Part shown: in pieces, positions 1 to 10,850 of the stretch
Position numbering within the stretch: position 1 is the first letter of the stretch
Layout of the letters: every line of letters begins with the position of its first letter
Source of the DNA: Octopus vulgaris
Lineage: Eukaryota
NCBI GenBank assembly: GCA_951406725.2
Contig: OX597817.1
Coordinates: 60,016,001-60,080,000, forward strand
Direction: 5' to 3'
DNA: 64,000 nt
Notes under the pieces: model-generated
Told to the model about the DNA's origin: nothing
The model's database searches: none
Seen by the model: the letters and a program-made list of their open reading frames with translations, nothing else
Program-made: the position numbers and the translations under genes

Positions 1-174
1 AGGAGTACAGATTGTTTAAATGAATAATTTCAAATGAGGGAAAACATAATATATGTGGATGGCCATTTTCATTGTTGGTCAATGGCATTGCAAAGGCAGT
101 AATTCAACCATTTCTGCTGTGCCTGACATGTTTCTGGAAGCAAGGGCCTAACCCCAACTATATTTACCTCCTCT

Positions 175-632
175 CCACAATCAAAAAATCAGTCAATAGA
201 TTCACAGCATCCACAGAGCCACAAAGTGATGGCATCACTTTGTCTCCAACAATTCGGTGCGGCACCAGTGCAGAATCACCTCCCTCTGACAAGTCATCCT
301 AATGAGACATCTGCATTGGCTGGGTCATGCCCTCCGTCGTCAACCAGGAGAATTCATCTACGAAGCAATTGATCCAGCTCTCCTTCAGGGTTGGCGAAAG
401 CGTCGTGGTGGACAACAAAAAACCTAGCTGATGATGGTCAAGGCTGATCTGGAACCCAACCTAGGCCCCCATATCTACGGCATTCGCCGCTGGAATAAGG
501 AGTGGTTGGAGATCACGCGGTTGTTAGCCTCAAATCGCCAGGCCTGGTCAGCGTTTGTGAGAGATGCAGCATTGAGGATAAATGAAGCCAGCTCAACCCA
601 CCCCGGGTGAATGCTGTAAGAAGAAGAAGAAA
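175..632 (+). mobile_element. RTE-clade LINE 3' fragment
   Basis: Degenerate translation WLGHALRR...GWRKRRGGQQKT*...WSAFVRD, typical of an RTE C-terminus. Ends in a (GAA)n tail. Confidence 0.65.
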
Positions 633-727
633 ACAGAGTCACAGGGGAGCCAGATTATGGTCAATTATGGCCATACATATCTGCCACAGGGTCAAAGCAG
701 AGGCATATCATACTATCACAAATCATA

Positions 728-1020
728 CTGCCTGACTGGCACTCGTGCTGGTGCCACGTAATAAGCACTATTCGAGTGTGGATTGATGCCAGTGCCACCT
801 GACTAGCAGCCATGCCAGTGGCTTGTAAAAAGCACCATTTGAGCTTGGGTAAAAAGCACCCATGACACTCTCGTAGTGGTTGGCATTAGGAAGGGCATCC
901 AGCTGTAGAAACCTTGCCAGAACAGACCTTGCCAGAACAGACTGGCTTACCAGTTCTCAGTCAAACTTTCAAACCCATGCCAGCATAGAAAGCAGACGTT
1001 AAATGATGATGATGATGATG
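728..1020 (+). repeat. RTE-related 3'-UTR repeat family with (GAT)n tail; dozens of copies in the window
   Basis: Recurrent motif AAAAGCACC...GTGGTTGGCATTAGGAAGGGCATCCAGCTGTAGAAAC...AACCCATGCCAGCAT...TTAAATGATGATG. Other copies at about 34690-35025, 40430-40700, 45070-45600, 46370-46810, 58760-59040 and 63715-64000. Confidence 0.8.
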
Positions 1021-1327
1021 TTCCTCAGAGTCTAGTTTCAGATGGAGTCAGTCTTTCATTAATTTGTCATTAGTCATTAGTCAGTTTGTTGGGTGTGACA
1101 GAAAAAAAAGTGCATTGTTGCTGATGTTTTAAACCTCAGATCAGTTTCTGACTGAAAAGATCCCTGACCAAAAGTATCCAACCATGACTATTGCTCATGA
1201 GTCAGGCTGATAAATGGACATTTTTAACATATTTAGTTTTATGTATATCACCTGTTGATGGTGAGGAGTGGGGGTGGAGTTCAGATCTGTCACCAGCACT
1301 GCATGGGATCTTGTGTGTGTGTGTGTA

Positions 1328-1630
1328 AGTGCATGGCTTAGTGGTTAGGGCATCCAGCTTATGATCACAAGGTCACAAGTTCAATTCCTGGCAGCACATT
1401 GTGTCCTTGAGCAAGCCACTTTATTTCACATTGCTCCAGTCCACTCAGCGAGCAAAATGGGTAGTAACTATATTCTGTATTTCAAAGGGCCAGGCTTGTC
1501 ACATTAAGACTACATTAAGGGTACGCCTGTGTGTAGAGTACTCAGCCACTTGCAGGTTAATTTCACGAGCAGGCTGTTCCCTTTGATTGGATCAACTGGC
1601 ACTCTGTTGTAACTGATAAAGATGCCAGTT
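1328..1630 (+). mobile_element. tRNA-derived CORE-like SINE (family C)
   Basis: A box TGGCTTAGTGG, B box GTTCAATTCC, core TTGTGTCCTTGAGCAAGCCACTTTA. Relatives at about 21345-21590 (+), 42715-42982 (-), 47130-47345 (+), 55300-55480 (-) and 57495-57822 (-). Confidence 0.7.
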
Positions 1631-1947
1631 AGTTTTTTACACACACACACACACACAAGATAAATGCTTGAAAAAATCTTTGCATTTAGGATCCTATAGA
1701 GAATCAAGGATACTCAAAGAGTTTGGAGAAATGCTAGTTTTATGTGTGTGTTTGTTTACACATACATGATGGGCTTCCACACAATTTCCATCTGCCAATT
1801 TCATTCACAAAGTATTTGCTCAGCCTGGAGTTCTGGTTGAAGACACTTGGCCAAGGTGCTGTGCATTGGGACTGAACCAGAGACCATGTGGTTGCAAAAC
1901 AAACTTCTTAACAACTACAGCCATGCCTGTGGCCAAAGGTATTAACA

Positions 1948-2021
1948 TTCCCATGCTGGGAATTGAACCAAGGCCATCTGGGTGGAAGCCATGAATCCTA
2001 ACCACAGGACCACACGGGGGA
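1948..2021 (-). pseudogene. tRNA pseudogene, tRNA-Glu-type body with a TCC anticodon
   Basis: Minus strand reads TCCCCCGTGTGGTCCTGTGGTTAGGATTCATGG-CTTCCAC-CCAGATGGCCTTGGTTCAATTCCCAGCATGGGAA, collinear with metazoan tRNA-Glu over its full length. Stem mismatches and a TTCAA T-loop indicate decay. Confidence 0.75.
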
Positions 2022-2085
2022 AAAAAAAACACATGGTGATGGTGATGTTTTTTGTACATTTAATGGCAAGAATTGAATTCCTTAA

Positions 2086-2285
2086 CCCTTTTGATATCAA
2101 TCCACTTGAAACTCTGTCTGGTTCTCTTACAAACTACTTTATTTAAAGCAATCAAAATCAAAGTTTTCCTTTAAAATTTCAGGTTAGCTTATATCTCAAA
2201 CACTAGGTTAATTAATTTTTCATAATTTTCCAAACAAATTGAAATAAAGACAGAATATTTCATCAGAAATTTGGTAACAAAAAGG
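2086..2285. mobile_element. piggyBac-like MITE with TTAA target-site duplication
   Basis: TTAA-CCCTTTTGATATCAA...TTGGTAACAAAAAGG-TTAA. A related degenerate copy lies at about 53352-53556. Confidence 0.65.
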
Positions 2286-2338
2286 TTAAAATAATCAGCA
2301 GACTGAGACCAAAGATGGACAGACATTGGGGGACTTAC

Positions 2339-2365
2339 AATTAACTTGACTTCCGAATCAGGATC
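2339..2365 (-). CDS. ARHGAP18: ARHGAP18-like coding exon 6, 27-nt microexon: DPDSEVKLI
   Basis: Strong acceptor (cttttctttattttctctgtttcag) and consensus donor gtaagt. Phase 0 to 0. Confidence 0.7.
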
Positions 2366-2914
2366 CTGAAACAGAGAAAATAAAGAAAAGTTTTAGATAA
2401 AAAAAAAACAACATTTACTAATGTATAGATTCAGAAATCTATAAAAACAGAGGAAAATAAAATCAAGTTTATGTGAAAGCCATGTTTTCTCAAAAAGAGA
2501 GAAAGAGAGATGATGGGAAATGGGGGTTTGAAGCTGGAAATCTATGGTAATTGGAATATTAGGCACATGTGAGATATTTTACACACACGCATGCATGCAC
2601 GCACACGCACACATACACACGTGCAGGTATGGTTGTATGGTTGAGTAGTTCACTTCACAACCACTGTATGGCAATTTGGTCAAATGTCGCCTACTTCAAC
2701 TACAGGTTGACCAATGCCTTGTCAGTGAAATCTGATAGACAGAAACAGTCCAGAAGGCTTGGATCTTGGTGCAGCCCTATGGCTTGCAAGGTCTTGTCAA
2801 ACCATCCAACCCATGCCAGCATGGAAAAACAGATGAAATGATGATGACACAGCTACATACATATGTGTGTGTGTGTGTGTGTGTGTGTCCCACTTTGTCT
2901 CTTTACATCTGAGT

Positions 2915-3300
2915 GGTTATGCTGCATCCAGGACGTAAGTCACACTGTTTCTCAGCAAGCTGTGGATGGACAATTTCTCTACATCTCTACATTCCAGACA
3001 CCTAGCATAGACTTTACTGGGGAGGGTCAACAAACAGATTCTGCCATAATTATAGAAATCTTTCTTGTCTCCCTTTTCAAGACTTGGGATTATCACCCAA
3101 GATTGCCATTGCTTTGGTGTCTTTCCATAGGCTCAAGCCACCTGGCATATGTGAGTCTGCCAGAGAACAACTTCTCTAAGATTTCATCCTTTCTAGCATT
3201 CTGAATGTAAGTGGAACAGCATTGAAACGAGTGGAGAGGATTAAGTCTCTTGGGATTGTATTCAAGAGTAATGGAAGGCAACAGACTGAATTGGCTGCTA
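2915..3300 (-). mobile_element. RTE (Expander/Rex3-like) reverse-transcriptase fragment
   Basis: Minus translation TPKQWQSWVIIPSLEKGDKKDFYNYGRICLLTLPSKVYARCLE resembles the RT motif P.DW....IP.FKKGD....NYRGI.LL..P.KVY. Confidence 0.7.
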
Positions 3301-3359
3301 GAATTTCAGGAGTTGGCATAGGACTGTGCCTAGTTTAGCATTTAATCCTCGGAAGAGGA

Positions 3360-3865
3360 GAGGTTGGTAAAAAAACTCAAACTTGTTTTATCAATTCAGT
3401 TTCCATGTTTATCTTCACCTACGGTCATGGATGTCGAGCAATGACTGAAAGAGTATAATTCCAAATACAAGTGACCAAAATGGGGTTTCTTTGAAGGATC
3501 TGTGGAGAAACATTACTCAACAGAGTGCATAGTTCAGAGATCAAGGGGTCTCTTTAGAAGGTTGAGCTGCCACTTCTCGGCACTGAAGCATCACAACTCC
3601 TGTTCTTTGGATATGTGATTAGAATGTGACAGGAAAGAATCACAAGACAGATTCTTCAAACCGAGGCAACGGTGGGAGACCTAAGAGCAGACCAAGAATG
3701 TGATGGCTGGATAACATCCATAGTCTCAGTTGATCCCATTTGGGAATCCACAGAGTCCTGTCAGGCAGTTGGTTCTAATAGGACCACATTGGAAGAGGTG
3801 CCTGAGGACTCTACTCCCATGACCACCCCAAGAATAGGGAGTGGAAAAGATGATGGATGGATGGT
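3360..3865 (+). mobile_element. RTE (Expander/Rex3-like) 3' fragment
   Basis: Degenerate translation IQVTKMGFL*RICG...SSEI...VEL.LL..E.SQL..FGYVIRM. Ends in a GATGGATG tail. Confidence 0.65.
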
Positions 3866-4417
3866 GTCTTTGAACTGGAATGGACAGCAATGATACTGTT
3901 TAAGTCCTCTATAAACACAATGTCCAGTAGCTTGATGGTTTGATGTGTGAAAAGAAGTGGAATAAAGCACCTCATTTGAAAGTAAGTAATGGTTGGCATC
4001 AACAGAAGCCATCCAGCTGTAGAATATTGGATCAAGAAATCTCATCCGTTTCTAATTAAGGGAGTATTTCCCCAAAGCCAGACATGTTTTCTGCAGAATA
4101 TTGGACACAATGGACACTGCTGTCTGACAGTGACACTCTTTTACAACAACCACACAATTTCAAGACAGTGTGGGGGGGACACACCAACTCACACACACAC
4201 ACACACAATGAGCAGGAGTAGACACTTGTCCAAGGTGCCACACAATGGGACTGAACCCAGAACCGTGTGGTAGTGAAGCAAGCTTGCCTGCACCTATTGT
4301 CCAAAGTTATGCTTAAGAGGCACAAACAACACATTTAACAAGATTTCTGACCAAACTGGAAGAACAGAAAAACAAACAAACAATGAAGCAAGCAAATAAA
4401 ATAAAAAAACAACCAAC

Positions 4418-4569
4418 CAAAGCTTGTGTTGAAGACTTGTCTTCCATAAACCAAGTGTTATCATGCTCTGGAATAAAGGCCAGAGAATTGACTTTACCAA
4501 TGACGTGATTCCCTGCCCATTTATTCCACGTTTGTTTTGGATTGATGCTCAACATCTCAATTCCTGTAG
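4418..4569 (-). CDS. ARHGAP18: ARHGAP18-like coding exon 5 (152 nt): ATGIEMLSINPKQTWNKWAGNHVIGKVNSLAFIPEHDNTWFMEDKSSTQAL
   Basis: Polypyrimidine tract plus ttcag acceptor, phase 1 start, open frame. Donor TTG|gttggt at 4417 gives phase 0, compatible with the next exon. The 3' boundary is less certain. Confidence 0.68.
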
Positions 4570-6008
4570 CTGAACAGATGGAAAAAGAAAAAAAAATAGT
4601 AATATAATAAAGGAAAAAAACCCCAAAAAACAAACTGCAGTAGCTGTGTGGTTAAGAAGCTAGCTTTGCAATCAAATGGTTTGGGGTTCAAACCCACTGT
4701 GCAGCACCTTGCGCAAGTGCTTTCTATTACAACCCTGGGTTGACCAATACCTTGTGAGTAGATGGAAACTGTGTGGAAGCCAGTAATATATATGTGTGTC
4801 TATGTGGTGTGTGTCTTTGTGTTTGTGTTTGTCAGCTCCCACAATGTTTGATGTTGGTTTGTTTATGTTCCTGAAACAAAGTAGTTTGGTGAAAATAGGC
4901 TAACAGAGTAGGTACCAGAGTTTAAAAAAAACACACAAGTACTGAGGTCAGTTTCATTCTCATCATCCTTCTATGGATTGGACGGTTTGACTGAGGATTG
5001 GTAACCCAGGTGGCTGCACCAGGCTCCGATCTGTTTTGGCAAGGTTACTACACCTGGATGCCCTTTCTAATGCCAACCACTCCAAGAGTGTAGTGGGAGC
5101 CAGTCAGCGTGCACTGGCATCGGCCATGCTCGAATGGTGCTTTTTACGTGCCACCAGCATCCAGTTAAAACCCTTTGAGCTGATGCTCTTGCATGGCCAC
5201 CATCTAATGACGGAACCAAGTGAAAGATAAACAGATTATATTTGAAGCAACCTTATTTCATTATTTCTTTTGTATTTCTTTTAAAACAATTTTCTTTTGA
5301 TGTTTCTTTTGTTTCACTTAAGATATTTTAACATTCAGTCATGAAAAAATCTATCTGCTACTGTTCACCTCATGTTGGGGACAGCCTTGAAGGGTTTAGT
5401 CAGAGAAATCTACCTTAGCATAGAAATGTATACATATTTTTAAAGTTTGGTATTTATTATATCAGTCTCATTTGCCAAACAGCTAAGTTAAGGGGATGTA
5501 AAAAACCAACACTGGTTGTCTTGTAAGTGGTGGTGAGGAACAATCATAAACACACACACATCACTTGAATTGACAAGGTCATCAGGTGTTCTACATCATT
5601 GATTACAATTTGCTTCCCATTCTTTCTTGACTGTACCATTCTTTTCCATCTTGGCTCAAATTGTTTCACTTCCCATCATCATAGAAGCCTTCTGAATGGC
5701 ATTTTCCAATCTCTTAGAGACAGCCTGACAACTGCATGGTTCCATTTGTTGCCTGAGAACCTAGTGACATGGCCAACCAGCAGAATTGGTGCTTTCAGTA
5801 TTCTCTCATCATGTTGTTCACTCCACTTCATTCTCAAATCCCTTCATCTTGGATATGCTCTTTCAATCATATTCCTAGCATGGACTTCGTTTTATCTCTA
5901 CAAGCTACTTACAATGGTCATAGTCACCAGAGTATCAAAACACCCAAGATGACCAGCAAGTTTCTGTAAGAACTACACAGCAATGAATCACATATTCATG
6001 CTCACACA

Positions 6009-6042
<34 letters not shown>

Positions 6043-6197
6043 TTCACAAGCCCTGTGTGGAAACTAGGCTTCCACACAGTTTCTATCAATCAAATTCACC
6101 CACAAGGCTTTGGCTGGCCCAGGGCTATAGTGGAAGAGATTTGTACAAGATGCCACACAGTGGAACTGAAAACCTGAATGCAAATAATATATATATA

Positions 6198-6368
6198 GGC
6201 ACAGGAGTGGCTGTGTGGTAAGTAGCTTGCTTACCAACCACATGGTTCCGGGTTCAGTCCCACTGCGTGGCATCTTGGGCAAGTGTCTTCTGCTATAGCC
6301 TCGGGTCGACCAAAGCCTTGTGAGTGGATTTGGTAGACGGAAACTGAAAGAAGCCTGTCGTATATATG

Positions 6369-6401
<33 letters not shown>

Positions 6402-6620
6402 ATATGTTTGTGTGTCTGTGTTTGTCCGTCCCCCTAGCATTGCTTGACAACTGGTGCTGGTGTGTTTACGTCCCCGTCACTTAGCAGTTCGGCAAAAGAG
6501 ACCGATAGAATAAGTACTGGGCTTACAAAGAATAAGTCCTGGGGTCGATTTGCTCGACTAAAAGGCGGTGCTCCAGCATGACCGCAGTCAAATGACTGAA
6601 ACAAGTAAATGAGTAAATGA
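6198..6620 (+). mobile_element. tRNA-derived CORE-type SINE (family A, octopus OR-like), full-length young copy with an internal (TA)n(TG)n tract
   Basis: Head GGCACAGGAGTGGCTGTGTGGTAAG, B box GGTTCAGTCCC, core CTTGGGCAAGTGTCTT, tail GACTGAAACAAGTAAA. Many near-identical copies in the window. Confidence 0.85.
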
Positions 6621-6715
6621 GATATGAACATATACAATAATGATAAAATAATAAATACCAAGCAAAGCATGGAACGGTTTATCAATTTTTGTTGCATTAA
6701 ATATCAATGAATTAA

Positions 6716-6831
6716 CTCTTTTCACAAATTTTTAAATGAAAAGTCCCTTAATTCTTGTTAAATTTGATATAAAAATATGTCTGACATTCTTAATGCAGCC
6801 TCACCAACAGGAACTTTCAGTGTGAAAAGGG
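6716..6831. mobile_element. Short piggyBac-like MITE with TTAA target-site duplication
   Basis: TTAA-CTCTTTTCACA...TGTGAAAAGGG-TTAA, plus an internal inverted pair TGAAAAGTCC/GGAACTTTCA. Confidence 0.6.
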
Positions 6832-6888
6832 TTAAATGCACATTTATTGTCTTTCTATTTTATTCAAAAGGAATTGTCTAATACCAAC

Positions 6889-7090
6889 CTGCACCATTTG
6901 CAATTTCGAAATCATCTGGGTTTCCATCCATGGAATAAACGCATTTCCTGTGGAAATAACGATGTCGGTTATCAGGACGCTGCTTCGATGAATCTAGGAC
7001 TGAATTATTGTTGCGATTCCCCGAAGCAAAACCATGAAGACCTCCAGGTTGGTCAGTAGGACTACTTGGGGGAGATTGATTTGGGGGCAT
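6889..7090 (-). CDS. ARHGAP18: ARHGAP18-like coding exon 4 (202 nt): MPPNQSPPSSPTDQPGG...DDFEIANGA
   Basis: tttatttcag acceptor and CAG|gttggt donor. Phase 0 to 1 fits the neighbouring exons. Non-repetitive, codon-like sequence. Confidence 0.78.
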
Positions 7091-7125
7091 CTGAAATAAA
7101 AGTTAGATTAAGACAGTGAAAGTGA

Positions 7126-7157
<32 letters not shown>

Positions 7158-7858
7158 TATTATTATTATTATTACACCAGGGCATGCTAATTTAGTTAGC
7201 AAGTATTTTCATTTTGATGTTTGGTGACAAGTCTCTTCAAATCTTAAAAATCTTTTTTAGGTTTCTTGAAGAATATAGAATGGTACTTTGATGCAGGTTG
7301 ACAATGTGAATTATTATTGTTAGTGGTGGTGGTGGAGATGGTGGTGACAGTGGTAGTGGAGATGGTGGTGACAGTGGTGGAGGTAGTATTAAAGATAATA
7401 CTCGGTTACAGTAGGTGTGGATCATCATCACCATCATCCTCATCATTTAATGTCCATTTTCCATGCTAGTATGGGTTGGACGGTATAAGTACTATAATAG
7501 TTGTGATGATATTAGAGGTGAGATCATAGTATAAGAGTTGGTTTGAGTGGTAGTGGTGGTGCTGGTGGTAGTACTAATGTGCACAGTAGTATTTATACTT
7601 GTAATAATCATTATCATCATCATCATCATCATTTAACATTGATTTTTCTATGCTTGAAAGGGTAAGACAGAATTTGTTGGGACAGATTTTCCATGGTCAG
7701 GTGTCCCTTCAGGTCACCAAATGCGTGTATGTTTGTGAGTACCCTTGTCTAGACATCGCATGAGGGCTGTCAATGAGAATCCCCATTGTATACATGATGT
7801 TTGTCTGCAACCTCATGTCAAAACCATGTCTGTCCATGGGGAAATATCATTACCTTGG

Positions 7859-8432
7859 TGTTGTAGTGAAAATGGTACACCCCCGTCCTGCGTGACAAAG
7901 TGGTATGAACCAGCCACTATAAAGTCAAACAGTCAGTTGTTGTAGAAGGTCAGAAGCAGCAGAGTCATTGTGCGAGTTCTCAGTTGGAGTCAGTGTCAGC
8001 TACGAGATATATACGAGTTCGAGTTAGCGTCGAGGTAGACGTTTCAAAGTGTACAGAGCCAGCAGCAATAGAACAATAGACAAGTCAAAGATAATAAGGC
8101 TCAGAATAATGCCACAACATAATAGTGGTGACAAGAATATTACAAGGTGCTGAGCTGGCAGAAATGTTACCACACCAGGCAAAATGTGTAGCTGTATTTC
8201 GACTGTCTTTACATTCTGAGTTGAAATTCCACTGAGGTCTACTTTGCCTTTCATCCTTTCGGGGTCGATAAATTAAGTACCAGTTACATACTGGGGTCAA
8301 TGTAATTGACTTAATCCCTTTGTCTGTCCTTGTGTGTCCCCTCTATGTTTAGCCCCTTGTGGGAAATAATGAAATAAGAATATTACAGTGCTGACGACAA
8401 CATAGAAACGGACAGGGATCCACATTATAACA
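7859..8432. mobile_element. Solo LTR (about 330 bp once the nested SINE is removed)
   Basis: Starts TGTTGTAGTG and ends CATTATAACA (imperfect inverted termini). 5-bp target-site duplication CTTGG at 7854-7858 and 8433-8437. It splits an RTE-tail repeat whose halves rejoin cleanly. Confidence 0.75.
8145..8375 (+). mobile_element. tRNA-derived SINE (family B, Meta-domain-like) nested in the solo LTR
   Basis: GAGCTGGCAGAA...GCCTTTCATCCTTTCGGGGTCGATAAATTAAGTACCAG. 12-bp target-site duplication AAGAATATTACA at 8133-8144 and 8376-8387. Confidence 0.82.
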
Positions 8433-8595
8433 CTTGGTTGGAAGTGGGTCAAGGTTGGTGAAAGAAAGGTCACCCAATCAAAGAAAATCTGCTTCAACAA
8501 ATACTGTCCAATCAATACAATCATGGAAAAGTGGACATTTAACAATGATGATGATGATGATACGTCCAGAATCTCCTTGAACAAACAATACTTAC

Positions 8596-8762
8596 ATCAT
8601 TATTAGGGAAAATGTATTTTACATGTGTTTTAGCAGCTTTTTTTCTGCTCAATGTGTCAACCCATCGCTGGACAGTGTCTCTCTGTTGTATGGTAAGGGA
8701 GGAAAGCACGAGTTCAGCTTCTTCATCATGTTTTAAATCAACCGATTCTGAACTTGTAGTGG
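8596..8762 (-). CDS. ARHGAP18: ARHGAP18-like coding exon 3 (167 nt): ATTSSESVDLKHDEEAELVLSSLTIQQRDTVQRWVDTLSRKKAAKTHVKYIFPNND
   Basis: ttttcttag acceptor and gtaagt donor, phase 1 to 0, open throughout. LSSLTIQQRDTVQRWVDTL...HVKYIF matches the family motif LSTLTRTQAAAVQKRV...DVRDIF. Confidence 0.88.
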
Positions 8763-9105
8763 CTAAGAAAAATACAAAAAAAATATGAAGTAGTGGCTAA
8801 GAAAAATACAAAAAAATGTGAAGTAGTGGCTAAGAAAAATACAAAAAAATATAAAGTAGTGGCTAAGAAAAATACAACCCCCCCCCCCCAAAAAATATGA
8901 AGTAGTGGCTACGAAAAATATAAAAAATACCAAAAAATATAAAAAATATGAAGTAGTGGCTAAGAAAAATACAAAAAAATATAAAGTAGTGGCTAAGAAA
9001 AATACAAAAAAACCCCCCAAAAATATGAAGTAGTGGCTACGAAAACTATAAAAAATACCAAAAAATATAAAAAATATGAAGTAGTGGCTAAGAAAAATAC
9101 GAAAA
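8756..9105 (-). repeat. Tandem minisatellite built from the exon-3 splice acceptor (basic unit ~33 bp, ~130-bp higher-order unit)
   Basis: Nine copies of TTTTC(T/G)TAG|CCACTAC on the minus strand. The last copy is the real acceptor. Confidence 0.9.
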
Positions 9106-10061
9106 TAAAAAAATAAATAAATAATACATAAATAAAAAATAAAATGTTTTAGAATTCTTGTTTAGCCCTAGGTCATTCATATGTGATGAAGCAAACCGAT
9201 GATCAAAAGATTATCTCTCTTCTTATTTTTATACAGTCTATCTAGGACTATATTATCCAATGTCTTTTTACAATACATTCACGTAAAATTCTAGTGTGGT
9301 TTGACTTATTTCTAGCAAGTTTAATGACTGTGTGGAGGCTCCTACCTTGGCTCAGAAGGTGTGTGTGGAGAGAGAGAGAGAGGTGATGCCCCCTCCCCTA
9401 GTAAAGGGGTGTAAAACGGGCTTGCTCTGAGCATTCACCTGTATGTGACCATGAGATGAAGTGTGGGAGCTGGTATATGCCCCTTCGTGCCCCTACACAG
9501 ATGCCACTTCTACAGGGACATTTTGCTGCAATTTTGTTGTTTTATGACTTAAAGGTAAAACTGGGAGTTGAACCGACTTTTTACATTACTTAATTAAGCA
9601 GCATTAAGAGCCTTGCAAAGTACATAGTGCAGTGATTGTCATGTAACGAAGTTCACTTTGTTACCACACTGTCTTGAGTTCAATATCAGTGCTTGGCACC
9701 TTCAGTAAGTGTCTTCTGAATTCTTGGGTTGACCAATGCTTTGTGAGTAAAATTAGTAGATGGAAAGTGTGTGTATGTGTGTGTGTGTGCATGTGCATGT
9801 GGATGTAACATTCGCTGTCAAAAGAAATCCTCCTCTTGTTCTGTGCTTCCAAAGACATTTCAAATGAGATATTGGTTACTTTAAAAACAGGTAAGGGTTA
9901 GCAACAGGACAAACATGTGTCTGTAGAAAAGAATACTACCATAATGTGTTCTTCTAACCCATGCTAACATGGAGAAACAGATGTTAAACAAACAAGCCGG
10001 TAGGATTTGGAAAGAATTGAAATATGGAATTAAAAGAGTAAATAAACTGCTCTGTAGTTAC

Positions 10062-10127
10062 CAGTAAAGTGAGATATCATGGGTCCAAGTCCAATTTTGG
10101 TTAACTGTTCTGCTTCTATTTCTCCTT
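10062..10127 (-). CDS. ARHGAP18: ARHGAP18-like coding exon 2 (66 nt): EGEIEAEQLTKIGLGPMISHFT
   Basis: tttcag acceptor and G|gtaact donor, phase 1 to 1. Completes KTPD-EGEIEAE, matching the conserved PDEGELEAEWL..xGL block. Not in the ORF track. Confidence 0.88.
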
Positions 10128-10483
10128 CTGAAATTCAAATATAAATCACATATTTTTAGAAAATATTATATTTTTTTCATTTGTATGGAAGATGTTTAAA
10201 TATAGACAAGTAAAACCCTTCTAAGTTTTCAGATACCTCTGTTTATATTTTCAGTAGAGTTCATGCTATGCTAAGTTTTGGTAAATCAAACCAGATCCTT
10301 CTTCAAATATCAGAAACCAAACTCAAATACTTGCAAAAGACTGGACACCACTAAATGCAGCCGAGGTGCCAAATGGTGGCGTTCACCAATGGACAAATTA
10401 AGTTTATCATTCAAATAGCCAATGGTGGATTTGAACTCAAAACACAAAGAATTGAAGCAAATAACACAAGTTCCAATTCCAGG

Positions 10484-10850
10484 TAAGGCTGTATGGTTGA
10501 CACCCACTTTGCAATCAATTGGTTTAGGATTCAGTCCCACTATATGGAAAATTAAGCAAGTGTCTTCTCCAATAGCCCTGGGCTGACCAATGGCTTGTAA
10601 GTGAATTTAGTAGAAGGAAACTGTGTGGAAACCCATCCTGTGTGTGTATATGTATGTATGCCTTTGTGTGTGTCCCCTCCTTGCTTAACAACTGGTGTTG
10701 GTTTATTTATATCTCTGTAACATAGTGGGTCAGCAAAAGGGACTGACAGATTTAAAAGTATTGGGTTAGTCAAACAAACTGACCAAACTCATCAAAGCAG
10801 TGCTCCAGCATGGCTGCTGTCCAATGAGTGAAACAAGTAAAAGGTAAAAG
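10484..10850 (+). mobile_element. SINE family A, older copy
   Basis: Diverged head, GCAAGTGTCTTC core and GTGCTCCAGCATGG...GAAACAAGTAAAAG tail. Confidence 0.7.

Noticed and set aside
8763-9020. 85-aa Phe-rich ORF
   Set aside because: It is a translation of the splice-acceptor minisatellite, not a protein.
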